From Rhodocyclaceae bacterium (GTDB lineage: Bacteria > Pseudomonadota > Gammaproteobacteria > Burkholderiales > Rhodocyclaceae), in the NCBI GenBank assembly GCA_017444505.1, contig JAFSWK010000058.1, positions 1 through 39,962 on the forward strand: a DNA stretch of 39,962 nt. The letters run 5' to 3'. Position numbers and translations under genes: made by a program. This document shows positions 39,279-39,962 of the stretch, piece after piece. The notes below the pieces were generated by a model. The model worked only from the letters and a program-made list of their open reading frames with translations, had not been told where the DNA came from and did no database searches. Position 1 is the first letter of the stretch. Every line of letters begins with the position of its first letter.

Positions 39279-39962
39279 GTGCGTTATCTATCCACCCGAG
39301 GGGACGCTGCCCGCCCCGCCTTTTGCGACATCCTGCTCGGCGGGCTGGCGCCCGACGGCGGCCTGTACCTGCCCGAAACCTACCCGCAGATTGACGCGCA
39401 AACGCTCGATAGCTGGCGCACGCTGCCCTATCACGAACTGGCCTTTGAAGTGCTGCGCCGGCTGATTGACGACATTCCCGTCGACGACCTGCGCACGCTG
39501 TGCGCACGCACCTGGCGGCCTGAAGTCTATTGCCATGTGCGCGAAGGCTCGCGCGCGCAAGACATTACCCCCGTCACTTGGCTGGAACGCGGCAAACTGG
39601 CGCTGCTGGAACTGTCCAACGGCCCCACGCTCGCCTTCAAGGACATGGCCATGCAGTTCCTCGGCCACGTCTTTGAATACGAACTTGCCCGTCGTGGGCA
39701 AACGCTGAACATTCTCGGCGCTACCTCTGGCGACACCGGCTCTGCCGCCGAATACGCCCTGCGTGGCAAACGCGGCGTGCGCGTCTTCATGCTCTCGCCG
39801 CACGGCAAGATGAGCGCCTTTCAGCGCGCGCAAATGTATTCGCTCACCGACGAAAACATCTTCAACATCGCCATCACCGGCCTCTTCGACCAGGCGCAGG
39901 ACGTGGTCAAGACCGTCTCGGCAGACGCCAGCTTCAAGGCGCGCCACCGCATCGGCGCGGTC
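39279..39962 (+). CDS. thrC: Threonine synthase, 5' portion (truncated by the window end)
   Basis: Manual translation gives (M)RYLSTRGDAARPAFCDILLGGLAPDGGLYLPE...ELSNGPTLAFKDMAMQFLG...LGATSGDTGSAA, which includes the PLP-lysine FKD motif. The frame is open to the end of the window. GTG 39279 lies 7 nt after GAGAGGA. An alternative ATG lies at 39273. This ORF is not listed in the supplied track. Confidence 0.85.
   Translation, partial: MRYLSTRGDAARPAFCDILLGGLAPDGGLYLPETYPQIDAQTLDSWRTLPYHELAFEVLRRLIDDIPVDDLRTLCARTWRPEVYCHVREGSRAQDITPVTWLERGKLALLELSNGPTLAFKDMAMQFLGHVFEYELARRGQTLNILGATSGDTGSAAEYALRGKRGVRVFMLSPHGKMSAFQRAQMYSLTDENIFNIAITGLFDQAQDVVKTVSADASFKARHRIGAV

Overview
This is a high-GC chromosomal window with the gene order typical of betaproteobacteria, and most of it is housekeeping. 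All family calls rest on motifs I recognise in the ORF translations; no database search was run. A long minus-strand block runs gyrA-serC-pheA-hisC-tyrA-aroA/cmk-rpsA-ihfB-rppH (15.9-27.7 kb). The left side holds nif3-like, a DegS/AlgW-like protease, a C-N hydrolase, tldD, oxyR and dps. The right side holds an ompA-like gene, ubiG, ilvE, murJ, alaA, hom and thrC. I saw no tRNA or rRNA genes, CRISPR arrays, transposases or integrases.

Two stretches look accessory:
- **5.25-13.4 kb, minus strand.** Three tandem paralogous genes each encode an unusual duplicated (6-TM membrane module + GGDEF) x2 protein. A small 2H (HxT..HxT) phosphoesterase gene follows directly. The array lies downstream of a DUF502 gene that diverges from oxyR. 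This is my best candidate for an undescribed signalling module, but its function is inferred.
- **29.6-33.6 kb, plus strand.** A tightly packed run of lemA-cobS-cobC, an ELM1-family gene and a GT10-like glycosyltransferase sits between ubiG and ilvE.

Many long ORFs in the six-frame track are antisense shadow ORFs or 5' over-extensions caused by the high GC content. I rejected or trimmed these.
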